Assembly (NCBI GenBank): GCA_964016885.1
Contig: OZ024748.1
Coordinates: 2,170,001 to 2,234,000, forward strand
Direction: 5' to 3'
DNA length: 64,000 nt
From: Eledone cirrhosa
Lineage: Eukaryota
Part shown: in pieces, positions 1 through 14,047 of the stretch
Position numbering within the stretch: the first letter of the stretch is position 1
Layout: each line of letters starts with the position of its first letter
The notes under the pieces: model-generated
Seen by the model: only the letters and a program-made list of their open reading frames with translations
Database searches by the model: none
Told to the model about the DNA's origin: nothing
Program-made: the position numbers and the translations under genes

Positions 1-36
1 ATGGTCCACCTGGTTCCTTACCACACCTCCTTCGTT

Positions 37-613
37 ATATATATATATATATATATAGGATATACACACACACATATATATCATATATGTATATATATAT
101 ATATGATATATATCATATATGTATATATATATATATGATATATATTATATAATATATATATATACATATATATATAGGATATACATATATATATCCTATA
201 TCATATATATATATATATATGCATACATATGTATATATTATATATATATGTATATGTATATTTGTGCATATGTATACATACATATATGCCCATACATAAA
301 GTTAAATGTAATTTAGTTTGGAATATATGGGTCCAGTATGAAGAGCCATCCAACATATAATGGAAGCCATTCCACTGAATAGTAATCTTATCACCACAGT
401 CCAAAATATGCTTTGTTAATTCAAGCAAATTCTTCAATACATTTATTTCTGCTTAGTAAACATATATATATATATATATATTATATATTATATATATACA
501 TTATATGTATATATTATATAATATATATTGTGTATATATATATTATATAATATATATTGTGTATATATATATTATATAATATATATTGTATATATATATA
601 CATATATATATTG

Positions 614-675
<62 letters not shown>

Positions 676-712
676 TGTACATATATATATACATACATAT
701 ATATATATATAT

Positions 713-773
<61 letters not shown>

Positions 774-1299
774 CATACATATATATATATACATACATAT
801 ATATATATATACATACATATATATATTATATCATACATATATATATATATATATTATATAATATATATTATATATATATATACATACATATATATATATA
901 TTATATAATATATATTATATATACATACATATATATATTATATAATATATATTATATATATATATACATACATATATATATATATTATATAATATATATT
1001 ATATATACATACATATATATATTATATAATATATATTATATATATATATACATACATATATATATATATTATATAATATATATTATATATATATATATAC
1101 ATACATATATATATATATTATATAATATATATTATATATATATATATATACATACATATATATATATATTATATAATATATATTGTATATATATATATAT
1201 ATTTGTATATATGTGTATATATATTACTTGTTGATTTTTTTTTAAAATTCAAATTTTAATTTTTACTAGAACTTGAAGGACCTTGTTCTCATGTATGTA

Positions 1300-1350
<51 letters not shown>
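37..1350. repeat. (TA)n-rich compound microsatellite with short unique islands
   Basis: Direct TA/TACA repeats; source of the YI-repeat ORFs. Confidence 0.95.
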
Positions 1351-1352
<2 letters not shown>

Positions 1353-1422
1353 TCTGGAATAAATTTGTTTTCTGTTATTCTGTGTTGTTTTGTTTTATTC
1401 ATTTCAAGACTATTGCATTTAT

Positions 1423-1891
1423 TCAGGGCCGGATTTAATGGGAAGGGCAAAGGGGCAATTGCCCTGGGCCCCCAACAGAATGGGGGGGGGGGGGCACCAT
1501 TGATAGCTGTAGAAATTTATTTGTGCCCACAGCTGGGTTATTTAGTTTTACAGTGGTTAGAATTTTTTAATTTAATAACTGTATGTTTAACTTTTCAATT
1601 CCAATTACTTGCACCAAGTTAACTTTGATATGTAAAATTGAGGGGGTTGTTGTGTATTCTAATTTTTTTGTCAGTTGTCCGGCCCCTGCAAAACTGAAGT
1701 GCAGGGCCAAATTAATACTTTTTGAGGCCCTAAGCCCTTAAAATATTAAGGTGGCTCCTATTTATAAAGTCCACTACAAATATTGGTGCGTGGGAGAATG
1801 AGAAATTCATTTAATTTAAATAAAATGGTGCCCCTCCTTCTTTGGTGCTCTAAACTTGTGGGTATTTTGCTGAATAATTAATCCTGCTCTG
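1423..1891. mobile_element. hAT-like non-autonomous element remnant(s)
   Basis: Starts CAGGGCCGGATTTA and ends TTAATCCTGCTCTG (imperfect reverse complement); a second CAGGGCC start lies near 1702. Confidence 0.45.
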
Positions 1892-2094
1892 GAAACCTGT
1901 AACATATAATGTTAATGTTTAGAAATTGTAAATTTGTTGGTTATCATATACCCTTGTCAACTCAACTAATTACACTCTCAGGATACTCATTAATTATAAT
2001 AGGGTAAGATCACCGGCTTTAATTAGAAGACCAATTTGACAGGAAAGAGCAGAGTCTCAGAGAATTTGTTGACATCTAATGAAATGTTATCTTC

Positions 2095-4630
2095 TTACAT
2101 ATAGTTACAACACATTACATATAGATACTACACATTACATATAGATACTACACATTACATATAGATACTACACATTACATATAGTTACAACACATTACAT
2201 ATAGATACTACACATTACATATAGTTACAACACATTACATATAGATACTACACATTACATATAGTTACAACACATTACATATAGATACTACACATTACAT
2301 ATAGATACTACACATTACATATAGATACAACACATTACATATAGATACTACACATTACATATAGATACAACACATTACATATAGATACTACACATTACAT
2401 ATAGATACTACACATTACATATAGATACTACACATTACATATAGTTACAACACATTACATATAGATACTACACATTACATATAGATACTACACATTACAT
2501 ATAGATACAACACATTACATGTAGATACAACACATTAGATGTAGATACTACACATTACATATAGATACTACACATTACATATAGATACTACACATTACAT
2601 GTAGTTACAACACATTACATATAGATACTACACATTACATGTAGATACAACACATTACATGTAGATACTACACATTACATATAGATACAACACATTACAT
2701 ATAGATACTACACATTATATATAGTTACAACACATTACATGTAGATACTACACATTACATATAGTTACAAATTACATATAGATACTACACATTACATATA
2801 GTTACAACACATTACATATAGATACTACACATTACATATAGATACTACACATTACATATAGATACTACACATTACATATAGATACTACACATTACATATA
2901 GATACTACACATTACATATAGATACAACACATTACATATAGATACAACACATTACATATAGATACAACACATTACATATAGTTACAACACATTACATATA
3001 GATACTACACATTACATATAGATACTACACATTACATATAGATACAACACATTACATGTAGATACAACACATTACATGTAGTTACAACACATAACATATA
3101 GATACTACACATTATATATAGTTACAGCACATTACATATAGATACTACACATTACATATAGATACTACACATTACATATAGATACAACACATTACATGTA
3201 GATACAACACATTACATGTAGATACTACACATTACATATAGATACAACACATTACATATAGATACTACACATTATATATAGTTACAACACATTACATATA
3301 GTTACAACACATTACATATAGATACTACACATTATATATAGTTACAGCACATTACATATAGATACTACACATTACATATAGATACTACACATTACATATA
3401 GATACTACACATTACATATAGTTACAACACATTACATATAGTTACAACACATTACATATAGATACAACACATTACATATAGATACTACACATTACATATA
3501 GATACTACACATTACATATAGATACTACACATAACATATAGCTACTACACATTACATGTAGTTACAACACATTACATATAGATACTACACATTACATATA
3601 GTTACAACACATTACATGTAGATACTACACATTACATGTAGATACAACACATTACATATAGATACTACACATTACATGTAGATACAACACATTACATATA
3701 GATACTACACATTACATGTAGTTACAACACATTACATATAGATACTACACATTACGTATAGATACTACACATTACATGTAGTTACAACACATTACATATA
3801 GATACTACACATTACATGTAGTTACAACACATTACATATAGATACTACACATTACATATAGATACTACACATAACATATAGATACTACACATTACATGTA
3901 GATACTACACATTACATATAGATACTACACATTACATATAGATACAACACATTACATGTAGATACTACACATTACATATAGTTACAACACATTACATATA
4001 GATACAACACATTACATGTAGTTACAACACATTACATATAGATACAACACATTACATGTAGTTACAACACATTACATGTAGATACAACACATTACATATA
4101 GATACTACACATTACATGTAGATACTACACATTACATGTAGATACTACACATTACATGTAGATACAACACATTACATATAGATACAACACATTACATGTA
4201 GTTACAACACATTACATGTAGATACTACACATTACATATAGATACAACACATTACATGTAGATACAACACATTACATATAGTTACAACACATTACATGTA
4301 GTTACAACACATTACATATAGATACTACACATTACATATAGATACTACACATAACATATAGATACAACACATTACATATAGATACAACACATTACATGTA
4401 GATACAACACATTACATATAGATACAACACATTACATATAGATACAACACATTACATGTAGATACTACACATTACATGTAGATACAACACATTACATGTA
4501 GTTACAACACATTATATATCGACACAACACATTCCATATAGCTACTACACATTCCATATAGCTACTACACATTCCATATAGATATTACACATTACATATA
4601 GCTACTACACATTACATATAGATACAACAC
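2095..4630. repeat. 20-bp satellite (ACACATTACATATAGATACT)n, about 125 copies
   Basis: Exact 20-bp periodicity with a few biallelic positions. Confidence 0.98.
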
Positions 4631-5329
4631 ATACAAAGACAAGATCATTTAATATCAGAAATGTAATGTCTATGAAAAATAGATCAGATTTTGCCAGCTT
4701 GTTGTGTCTTCCATCAAATTAAATATTCATAGGGATATGGTAAAATATAGATTTTATTTAAGCTACTCAACTCCCACGTCTAATAAAACAAAAGACATTT
4801 TAAAATATGCTATCAATGAAAACACCATTTTTATATCCTCTGTCATGTTATTATGGTGAATAAATGATGAAGTTTTATTGGCACTAAACTTTCTTGTCAA
4901 ATTAAGATTCTTGGGAGAGAGCCAACTGTTCTATTAAATTGTGCAACAGGAATTTGGTTACGATGCCTCAAGGGAAAGTAACACAGAATAAGTAAACAAA
5001 AGAATTTCCCCAAAAAATAAAAAATAAATATTAGGAAACATGGAAACTGTATTGAAATACTAATAAAAGCTAAATATATTGACATTTATGATGACAATGA
5101 TAGAAGTGAAGGGAAAATAATGCAAGCACTAACAACAAAGTCATGGCCACTTTCTTCCATCACATAAAATCTTGCTAGTTTATCAAATCTAGTTTCTAAA
5201 TATTTTCTTTATTTTTAATGACATGGAATAAATTGACCTCCATCGATTTTGCTGAGAAGTGTTCCAATTGTTTGATCAACGGTACAGCTTGATCATGAAA
5301 TTATCATATAAGTGGCTGAACATTTCACA

Positions 5330-5641
5330 GTCACGTGTAATGATAGTAACAGCACAACTCCCATGACTTTCAGAAAGAAACATTTTTTCATGCTCAGAGT
5401 TGCTGAAGCATGAAACAAACGATCTGCATCGGTTGTTAGTTGTCGGGACACTGCGTCCTTCATAACTTCCAGGTTCCCCCTCCATACAAACGCATGCATG
5501 TATCTGTATGTATATCATGACTCATACACTGTTCACTTTCCTGACATTTGTACATTATTCTATGTACTATACATGGACCTTTGTTGAGTTGTAGTGCACC
5601 TGAGCACTGTACACAATAATTTCATTATTATTATTATTATT
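5330..5641 (+). mobile_element. CR1-clade LINE 3' fragment
   Basis: Frame reads FRKKHFFMLRVAEA*NKRSASVVSCRDTASF, matching the CR1 RT C-terminal pattern (RKHFF..RV...WN.LP..VV......SFK); ends in an (ATT)n tail. Confidence 0.7.
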
Positions 5642-5704
5642 TCATATAATTTTTAGGGAGGTTTAACATAACACAGTGTGTGACAAGCCTGGCCTTTTGA
5701 CTAT

Positions 5705-5868
5705 CAGGTACAGTCCATCCAACAGACTTCCAAACAGTCTCCATCTACCCAATTTCACTCACAAGGCCTGTGTTGATGTGAAACTATGACAAATGAAGAT
5801 GCTTTGTATTGGGATTAAACTCAGGACATAATGATTGTGAAACAAACTTCTTTACCATTTGGCCATAC
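5705..5868 (-). mobile_element. decayed tRNA-derived SINE, family B
   Basis: Similar to copies at 10538 and 53928 (TCTACCCAATT..CAAGGC segment and tRNA-like head). Confidence 0.55.
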
Positions 5869-5879
5869 TGCATTCACTT

Positions 5880-6090
5880 TAATCTGTTATCATTGAAACC
5901 AGCTGTATCTAGCCAGAATTGTTTCCCCATTTTGAAACTGGCCATAACCCGCAACTCACACTGATGTTAAGATATCGTTCTTAAAATAAACAATAACCTC
6001 ATCAAAATCTCGTAGGTTTGAGATTATGTGAGATAAAGCCTTCACCATGAATATACAGTAGTAAATATAGAGTAATGCAAATGCTAGAGG
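5880..6090 (-). mobile_element. decayed piggyBac-like MITE
   Basis: Homologous to the MITE at 15772-15988. Confidence 0.55.
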
Positions 6091-6649
6091 AGGCAGGCTG
6101 GTGCTCTTAATCAATTCCAGGGCCTCTGTAATTTGTGAGAAAGAAGCCTTCTTAAGCTTTAGACCATGTTGTGTCCACATTAAACAATAGATGCTAGAAG
6201 GAGGTTTTTATTGTATCTTATTCTATTTTTTTTATTGTATTTATTTATTTTTATTTTTTACTGAGGGGAGGGGAGGGTAGTGCCCATGACCCTTTTCAAG
6301 TTCTCAGAGACTGGTGAGAGTTAGGGTGGGAGAGGGGGAGAAAGTTTGTCGCTGACTAGTCAGAAACAGTGAAAGACATTCTCTGACTGAAGAGGAAGCT
6401 ATTGTCTAACTGATGAGAAAGAAAGAAAGTTAACCCCTGACTGGTGAGAAAGAGAGGAAGATGTCCTCTGGTGTATGTATGAGAAAGAGAGAGAAAGAGA
6501 GAGGGGCAGCTATCATCTGGAGAGAAAGAGAAAACTAATTTCTAAAAAAAAAGAGCTCTGAAAAAAGAAACACTTGCAACTGAGTGAAGACAAGTAAAGA
6601 CAGCCAAGAACCAGGTGGTGGTTCACTTCAGGTAAATAATGAAAAACCT

Positions 6650-7175
6650 TGTAAACTTTATATATATTTACCACGAAGTGTAACATAAACATCTGGAGCT
6701 TATAAACTTTATATATATTTATAATTGTTTCTACTTTTGGCACAAGGCCAGCAATTGACCAGTGCATTACTGGTACTTTATTTTATCGACCCCGTAAGGA
6801 CGAAAGGCAAAGTTAACCTCGGCGGAATTTGAACTCAGATCATAAAGGGCCATAACTCTTTGCTGCAAAACGTGGCATCTGACCCTCTACCGATACTGCC
6901 AATCGATCACCCTTATATATAGTTATAATGAAGTATAACTCATACATCTGGAGCTTATAAACTTTATATATAGTTACCATGAAGTATGTATAACATCTAT
7001 ATCTGGAGCTTATAAACTTTATATATAGTTACCATGAAGTATGTATAACATATACATCTAGAGTTTATAAACTTTATATTTATGATGAACTATAGCATAT
7101 ACATCTGAAGTTTATAAACTTTATATATATTTACCACAAAGTATGTGCGACATACATCTGGAGCTTATAAAATCT
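6650..7175. repeat. ~50-bp minisatellite (CATCTGGAGCTTATAAACTTTATATATAGTTACCATGAAG...) interrupted by a SINE
   Basis: About 6 diverged units visible. Confidence 0.8.
6725..6912 (-). mobile_element. tRNA-derived SINE, family A (Deu/Nin-like central domain)
   Basis: Minus strand has a GTTCAAATTC B-box and a GCCTTTCGTCCTTACGGGGTCGATAAAATAAAGTACC core; TSD approx. TTATATATA(T/G)TTATAAT. Confidence 0.85.
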
Positions 7176-7429
7176 CTGACGTTTTACCATGAAAAAGCTT
7201 GTAAACTGTTGCCAGCTTTCTGTTTGTCTTGGCCACAACAGAATGTTTTGCTACATGTGACATACTAAGTTGTTTATTTTGGTCATGAAAGAGTGTATGA
7301 GTAGTTCAGTCAATAACATACTGGACAATTAACTGTTAGTTTAGTTGTTTTATATTCAATCACTTTATATTTAGCATTGATCACTGCCAGTATTTAGACA
7401 TAAACTAAACAACAAACAGATGCAGTAAA

Positions 7430-7970
7430 TTGGCAGAGCTGTCAGAATGTCTGATAGAATGCTTTATGGTATTCATTCCAGCACTCTGTACTCTGAGTTC
7501 AAACTCCATCAAAGTCAACTTTAACTCTCATTCTTTCGAGGTCGATAGATAAAATACCAGTCTGGTACTGGGGTCAATTCTTCCTCTATGTCTCTTTTTT
7601 ACTTCTCTCTTGTTCTCTCTTTATTTTCTGGCAGAAATCAGCTGCATTCAAACCTGGAGTGGGAATGGGCTCTGCTGGGTTTAAAAGGCCCAAAACACAG
7701 ATGCTGCGAATTAGCAGAGTTGTCAGAATGTCAGATAGAATGCTTTGTGGTATCCTTTCGGGTTTGCTACATTCTGGGTTCAAATCCTATTGAGGTCAAC
7801 TATGTCTCTCAACCTTTCGAGGTCAATAAATAAAGTAGCAATCCAGTATTAGGATTGATTCTTCCTCTATATCTCTTTCTCACTTCTTCTCTATCACTTT
7901 CTCCTGTTAACTGGAAGAAATCAGCAGTGTGCAGATCTGGAGAGTAGACTGGCTCCACCAGCACAGCACC
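7430..7970 (+). mobile_element. two tandem older family-A SINE copies with a shared downstream segment
   Basis: GCAGAG(C/T)TGTCAGAATGTC..GATAGAATGCTTT...GTTCAAA...GAGGTC occurs at about 7432 and 7714. Confidence 0.7.
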
Positions 7971-8001
7971 CTCCATATATATACTTATATATATATGTAT
8001 G

Positions 8002-8895
8002 CAGTGGCAGGCTGGGTCTAAAAATAATAGTTGCCAGGAGATGAAGGGGGCCCACCTACATATAGAATTCTATCATTTAATTTTTATAATGAATAAATAA
8101 CATTTTCGAAAAATACATAAGTGGAAACAAAACAGTGCAATCAAATTTTTGCGGAGAAATATCTTATCTTCTCCAATAAAAAATATTATGTAACTTGCGA
8201 AATCCAGAGACTTTCAGTAATGACCAGAAGTCGACCCTAAATATTACTAATAGCTCTAGGAAAGCCATGAACGACACCACATCTTTTTAACTTTGATTTT
8301 GAAAGTAGGTTTACAATTATCAATTTTCATCGTAGCTGTCTTGGTGGCCTAGTTGGAGGAATTATAGACTGTGGTGATCCTGGTTGGGAGTAGGGTTCCT
8401 GGTAAACCTTTTCAATTTTTTCTATTGGTTGTAAAATAAAAACCGAAAAAGTTTACATGTACCTCTTGACCAGGATTGAACCCAAGGTCAGGATCTCCAC
8501 CGTCCCTAGAACCTACCGCTAGGCCACAGAGACAACAACAAAAATATTATTAAAATTCATACTTATAAACCTACTTTCAAAATTTTTGAAACAAAGTGTT
8601 GTGGTGTCTTTCATGTCTTTCTTAATGTTCTTGCTCCTACTTTCAATAATTGTTTCTACTTTTAGGCACAAGGTCAGCAATTGCCCAGTGTATTACTGGT
8701 ACTTTATTTTATCGACCCCATAAGGATGAAAGGCAAAGTCAACCTCGGCGGGATCTGAACTCAGATCGTAAAGCTCCTACTTTCAATAATTGTTTCTACT
8801 TTAGGCACAAGGCCAGCAATTACCCAGTGCATTACTGGTACTTACTTTCAATAATGACCTTTGGTCTTTCACACTCACTCAATATATATATGTAG

Positions 8896-8975
<80 letters not shown>

Positions 8976-9437
8976 CACCTTCACCACTAATTGATTTGAC
9001 AGATGTCTTTAACCCATTGATACCAAATATCATTTGGTCAGTAGTTTGTGTGTAAGTATATATATATATTGTTATACTTTGGGAGGGTCATGTTGCCAAT
9101 ATATATATATGGTTGTGTGTCTGTGTCTATATATGTATGTTTGCATGAATGAATACACTAAGCTTTAGATTTAGTAGAATGTCCAACTACTGAATCCAGC
9201 TATTTCGACTATTTTGGTTTCTCGTAATTCCCTGGGGAATTGTTGGACCAAATGCATTACTTAATTGTTTTATTTATTTTTTTAAAAGTTTTATTCTTTC
9301 TCTTAAATTTCAGGTATTTTTTTTAAAGCAAAGCTTTGGCCCCTGCAATGCTACTGTGGGCTCTTGCAATGCTACGGTGGGACCCCTGGGGCCCACTTGC
9401 CATTGAGCAAACTGGCAACCTGGTCAGTCCACCACTG
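8002..9437. mobile_element. hAT-like non-autonomous transposon with nested insertions
   Basis: TIR CAGTGGCAGGCTG vs rc CAGTGGTGGACTG; 8-bp TSD TATGTATG/TATGTATA. Confidence 0.65.
8646..8845 (-). mobile_element. family-A SINE fragment with a duplicated tail
   Basis: GCTCCTACTTTCAATAATTGTTTCTACTTT occurs at 8633 and 8773. Confidence 0.8.
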
Positions 9438-9438
9438 T

Positions 9439-9496
<58 letters not shown>

Positions 9497-10537
9497 ACGC
9501 TTGTGTCTATGTTTATGTCTTGTAACTTAGCTGTTCAACAAAATGAAATCGACAAAACAAAAAAGCACCAAGCTTGAAAAAAAACGTATTGGAGTCAATA
9601 TAATCGACTGCATGCTTTACAGGGGTTGCTCCAGCATGGCCACAAACTAATGACTGAAACAAACAAAAGAATAAAAGAATAAATGTAAAAGATGTGATTG
9701 ACATAGTTGGAACGCCTTTCACTCGTGGGTCTGCTTCATCAGAATTGGCCTAGGGTTAAACAACAACAGCTTTTTGTGTAATCTTTTAGCAAGGATCCTT
9801 AAGCCTTATATATAGCTTAAGGCCTTACCAAGTGTAAATTTAGCACAGGTGAAGAGGTTACTTCGTTTGGTTGTTTTTAACCTACATATGGTATCTGGGG
9901 GAAAAAAGAAAACATGAAGTGAACTGGCCATACTTGGAACGTCTTTAAAAATATGTTCGTTCAACCAGGGCTGACCTAGGGTTAAACAACTTGCGATGAA
10001 CCTCTGTCGGTTTGGACGATGAGTGTTCGAGTTGTTCAATCAACAGAACAACTAGAACACAAACTTTAGGTGCAAATGACTGACTGAGAATTTCACAAAC
10101 ACCTACCCTTAATCAGGGCCTCCAAGAGAAATTTTGCAAGGTGGTACAAGACCCCTTTGGGGCCCGAAGCAAGCAAAGATTTTTCTCAAAATGAATATTG
10201 CATGGTTGTTGTGGGGTCGTCTTAGCTCTTGGGCCCCAAAACAAAGCATCCACCAGACCCCACTCTCATAGGCTCTGCTCTTAACATATTTCTCTGGGAG
10301 ATTCCCCATGAAACAGTGTGCAACGGCTGGCCCCTTTGGATAATTATAGACTTGCCAACCTCTAAAAATCCAAACGAGGAGTACCATGAAAAAAAGTGCC
10401 CTAAAACGGGGAGAAATGAGGCAAAATGGGGAGATTTTACAAAATGAGAAGACATTTCTCACCCACCCCAAAGTCGGTGGGAGATCTCCACGTCTGGTGG
10501 AGGAGAGTTAACAGGTCTGTAACAAGTACAGTCAATG

Positions 10538-10698
10538 TGACGGGCTTCCAAATACTTTCTGTCTACCCAATTCCCTTGACAAGGCATGGGTCGATTTGAA
10601 TCGAGACTAAGGGTAAATGTCCCTTGCCTAAGACAGCAGGGTTGAACACAAGACTTCATTATTACAAAGCGAACTTCTTAACCATTTAGCTATGCTGC
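10538..10698 (-). mobile_element. tRNA-derived SINE, family B
   Basis: Minus strand has a TAGCTAAATGG A-box, a GTTCAACCC B-box and the GGTAGACAGAAA..GAAGCCCGTC tail. Confidence 0.65.
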
Positions 10699-10702
10699 GT
10701 CT

Positions 10703-10885
10703 GGTGCCAGCTTTACCATTGTGCTTAGGTGTGCTTAAACCCAGGGCCCCGTTGCCTAGGAAGGGGTAACATCTTCCTGCCACCAACATTTTTTACCATG
10801 TATTTTCCAAATGTTTTTCAAATGTCAAACGCAGTAAGGGGCCTCATAACTTAACTAGCACAGGGCCCCATCTGGCTACGTCTAC
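10703..10885 (+). mobile_element. hAT-like MITE family (other copies at 35585-35715 + and 52715-52931 -)
   Basis: Shared ACCATTGTGCTTA..CAGGGCCCC..GGCCTCATAACTTAA..CACAGGGC segments. Confidence 0.55.
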
Positions 10886-12184
10886 CTTAAACAACAACAT
10901 ACAATAGATACTTGAAGGAGTTTATTTTTTTACTATATTCTATTTTTATTTTCTACTGTTTAATGAGGGAGGCAGGTAGTACCCCTGATATCTTTTCAGG
11001 TTCTCTGGGACTGGAGGGAGAGAGGAAGAGAAGGGGGAAGGAAGTTAATCTCAAACCAGTGACCTGATTCAAACATTTGCAACAGGTTCTGTTAATGGCA
11101 CCCAAGTACCAAGTAATTGTGGAGCTGGGTAAACCAGGTGAAATGAGAAGGTAAGACATTCATACATTATCTTATCAATAATCATTGAAGAAACATCGAC
11201 TATCGATCAAGTGGTTCGCGCCATATGATTTTAAATATTAATTAATTAATGTCTCTATTAACTCAATTGTAGGATAGTACGCTAGGAGTTACCTCCCTTC
11301 ATTAATTCTTGCAGCTCCGTCAGCTTTGACTTGGTTACAGATAATCTAGGTGTATACAGGTGTGTATTTTAATTTGCTCCCTCAATATATAAATATATAT
11401 ACATATATACATTATATATACATATATACATCGTGTATGTAATTTTGTTTAAACATATCCTCATTAAACACATTAATGATCTGTAAAAGATATTGAACAA
11501 ACGGCAATAACAAAAACACCCCTCTCCTCAAACACACGAAACACAAGGTACAGTACCTCTTCTCACTAAGAATTTTCAGGCGACCCCTAAATACTCACAC
11601 CCTATATAACACCTATTTCCCCTTTATTTGTTTATTCATTTATTTATTTTTGTCAAAAATTCGATATTTTCCATTCCAACAATAACAAAAAAATCGATTA
11701 AGATAAAAATAAAAACAACAACACAAATGTTATATATTTGAGAGTATGGCGTCAAAGACTGCACATACCTTTACCTCACACCTTTAGGGGACACAGGTAA
11801 TGTAACATTAGAGTAACTCTATATAGTGTACTGAAATAAAACAAAAAATGTTATCTCTATGGGGGTCCTCTTTACCTGAGGCCCTAAGCACGTGCTTATT
11901 TTGCATAATGGTTATTCCGGAGCCGACCGCCATTACCACCACCACCAGCACCACACCACCACTACCACCGCCGCCAACACCATCACCACCGCCACCACAC
12001 CATCACCACCGCCACTGCCAACACAACAACAACAGCAGGGAAACAGCTTTTCCTGCTGAAATTCTTTCAGGTAACCAGCAACACTGGTAGTATCAGCGCG
12101 GCTTGTCGTTAGACTTTAGAGCTGAAGTAACTAAGTACATATGTACCTTCAAATGTACCCTTAATATTTCGGTAAGATCAGTCA

Positions 12185-12705
12185 TCTTGATAGGTTGAGG
12201 TGGTGCAGCAACCAAGTACCTTCACAGAGTCGCCATCTCGTTAGGGTGGGGCGGTGGCGCAACCAAGTATCTTCACAAGCACCCCTAATATTTCGGTGAG
12301 AACCAACATAACCATGGGTGTGGTGGGGTGAGTGTTTCGTTAAAATGAGAAGGTGGAGCAACCAAGTACCATCACAGAGTCGCCATCTTGTTAGGTTGAG
12401 AAGGTGGAGCAACCAAGCACCTTTACAGAGTCGTTATCTCGTTAGATTGAGGTAGTGGAGCAACCAAGTACCATCACCAAGTCACCATCTTGTTAGGCTG
12501 AGAAGGTGGAGCAACCAAGTACCATCACAGAGTCGCTATCTCGTTAGGTTGAGGTGGTGGAGCAACCAAGTACCATCACCAAGTCACCATCTTGTTAGGC
12601 TGAGAAGGTGGAGCAACCAAGTACCATCACAGAGTCGCTATCTCGTTAGGTTGAGGTGGTGGAGCAACCAAGTACCATCACAAAGCACCACCTGCCATTT
12701 CGGTA
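12185..12705. repeat. ~48-bp minisatellite (GGTGGAGCAACCAAGTACCATCAC...GTTAGG(T/C)TGAG)
   Basis: About 9 units; the later ones alternate between two variants. Confidence 0.9.
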
Positions 12706-12994
12706 AGACACACACGCACAAACACATACACACAGACTCATACACACAAACATACACACGCACACAAGTACACACAAACACACACACATACATACCCCCC
12801 CCCACACACTTCGTTGTCCCCCCCCCCTCAACACACACACACCTGAACGTTTGGAGCGCCACCTGTTGGAAAATATAATTCATTGGACAACATTTTTGCT
12901 ATTTCAAAACTATTATTCCATTCTGCTACGGATACAGTTGGCTCCACGTGTGTTTGATTGTAGTGTGTGGTTTATAGAAACATTTTATGTTGAG

Positions 12995-13980
12995 GTGTGT
13001 GTGTACTGTGGAAATACTGTGTGTGTGTGTGTACTGTGGAAATACTGTGTGTGTGTGTGTGTGTACTGTGGAAATACTGTGTGTGTGTGTGTGTACTGTG
13101 GAAATACTGTGTGTGTGTGTGTGTGTGTGTACTGTGGAAATACTGTGTGTGTGTGTGTGTGTACTGTGGAAATACTGTGTGTGTGTGTGTACTGTGGAAA
13201 TACTGTGTGTGTGCACTGTGGAAATAATGTGTGTGTGTGTGTGTACTGTGGAAATACTGTGTGTGTGTGTGTACTGTGGAAATACTGTGTGTGTGTGTGT
13301 GTACTGTGGAAATACTGTGTGTGTGTGTGTGTACTGTGGAAATAGTGTGAGATGTAGAGAGAAAGAAAGAGATGTTGAGGGAGAGTGATGTAGAGAGAGA
13401 GAGAGACGTAGAGAGAAAGAGAGAGAGGGTGATGTTGAGAGATATATAGAGAGAGACGTTGAGAGAGAGAGTGATGTTGAGGGAGAGAGAGATATATATA
13501 TAGAGAGACGTTGAGAGAGAGAGAGTGATGTTGAGGGAGAGATAGAGATATATAGAGAGAGATGTTGAGAGAGAGAGAGAGTGATGTTGAGGGAGAGAGA
13601 GATATACATAGAGAGAGACGTTGAGAGAGAGAGAGTGATGTTGGGGGAGAGAGACGTTGAGAGAGATAGTGATGTTGAGGGAGAGAGAGAGTGATGTTGA
13701 GGGAGAGAGAGTGAGAGTGATGTTGAGAGAGAGAGAGTGATGTTGAGGGAGAGAGACGTTGAGAGAGAGATAGTGATGTTGAGGGAGAGAGAGAGAGTGA
13801 TGTTGAGGGAGAGAGACGTTGAGAGAGATAGTGATGTTGAGGGAGAGAGTGAGAGTGATGTTGAGAGAGAGAGAGAGAGAGAGTGATGTTGAGAGAGAGA
13901 GAGAGAGATATAGAGAGAGATGTTGAGAGAGAGAGTGATGTTGAGGGAGAGAGAGAGAGAGTGATGTTGAGAGAGAGAGA
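12995..13980. repeat. compound repeats: GTACTGTGGAAATACT(GT)n, then (GA)n-GTGATGTTGA
   Basis: Visible directly. Confidence 0.95.
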
Positions 13981-14047
13981 TAACTTGAAAAGTGTGAAAC
14001 CATGTAAAAATTATATAAGAAATATTGAAACATCTGGTGAATAACAT

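Noticed and set aside
4630-5280. Coding-looking unique sequence
   Set aside because: Multiple stops in the frames examined and no recognisable motif.
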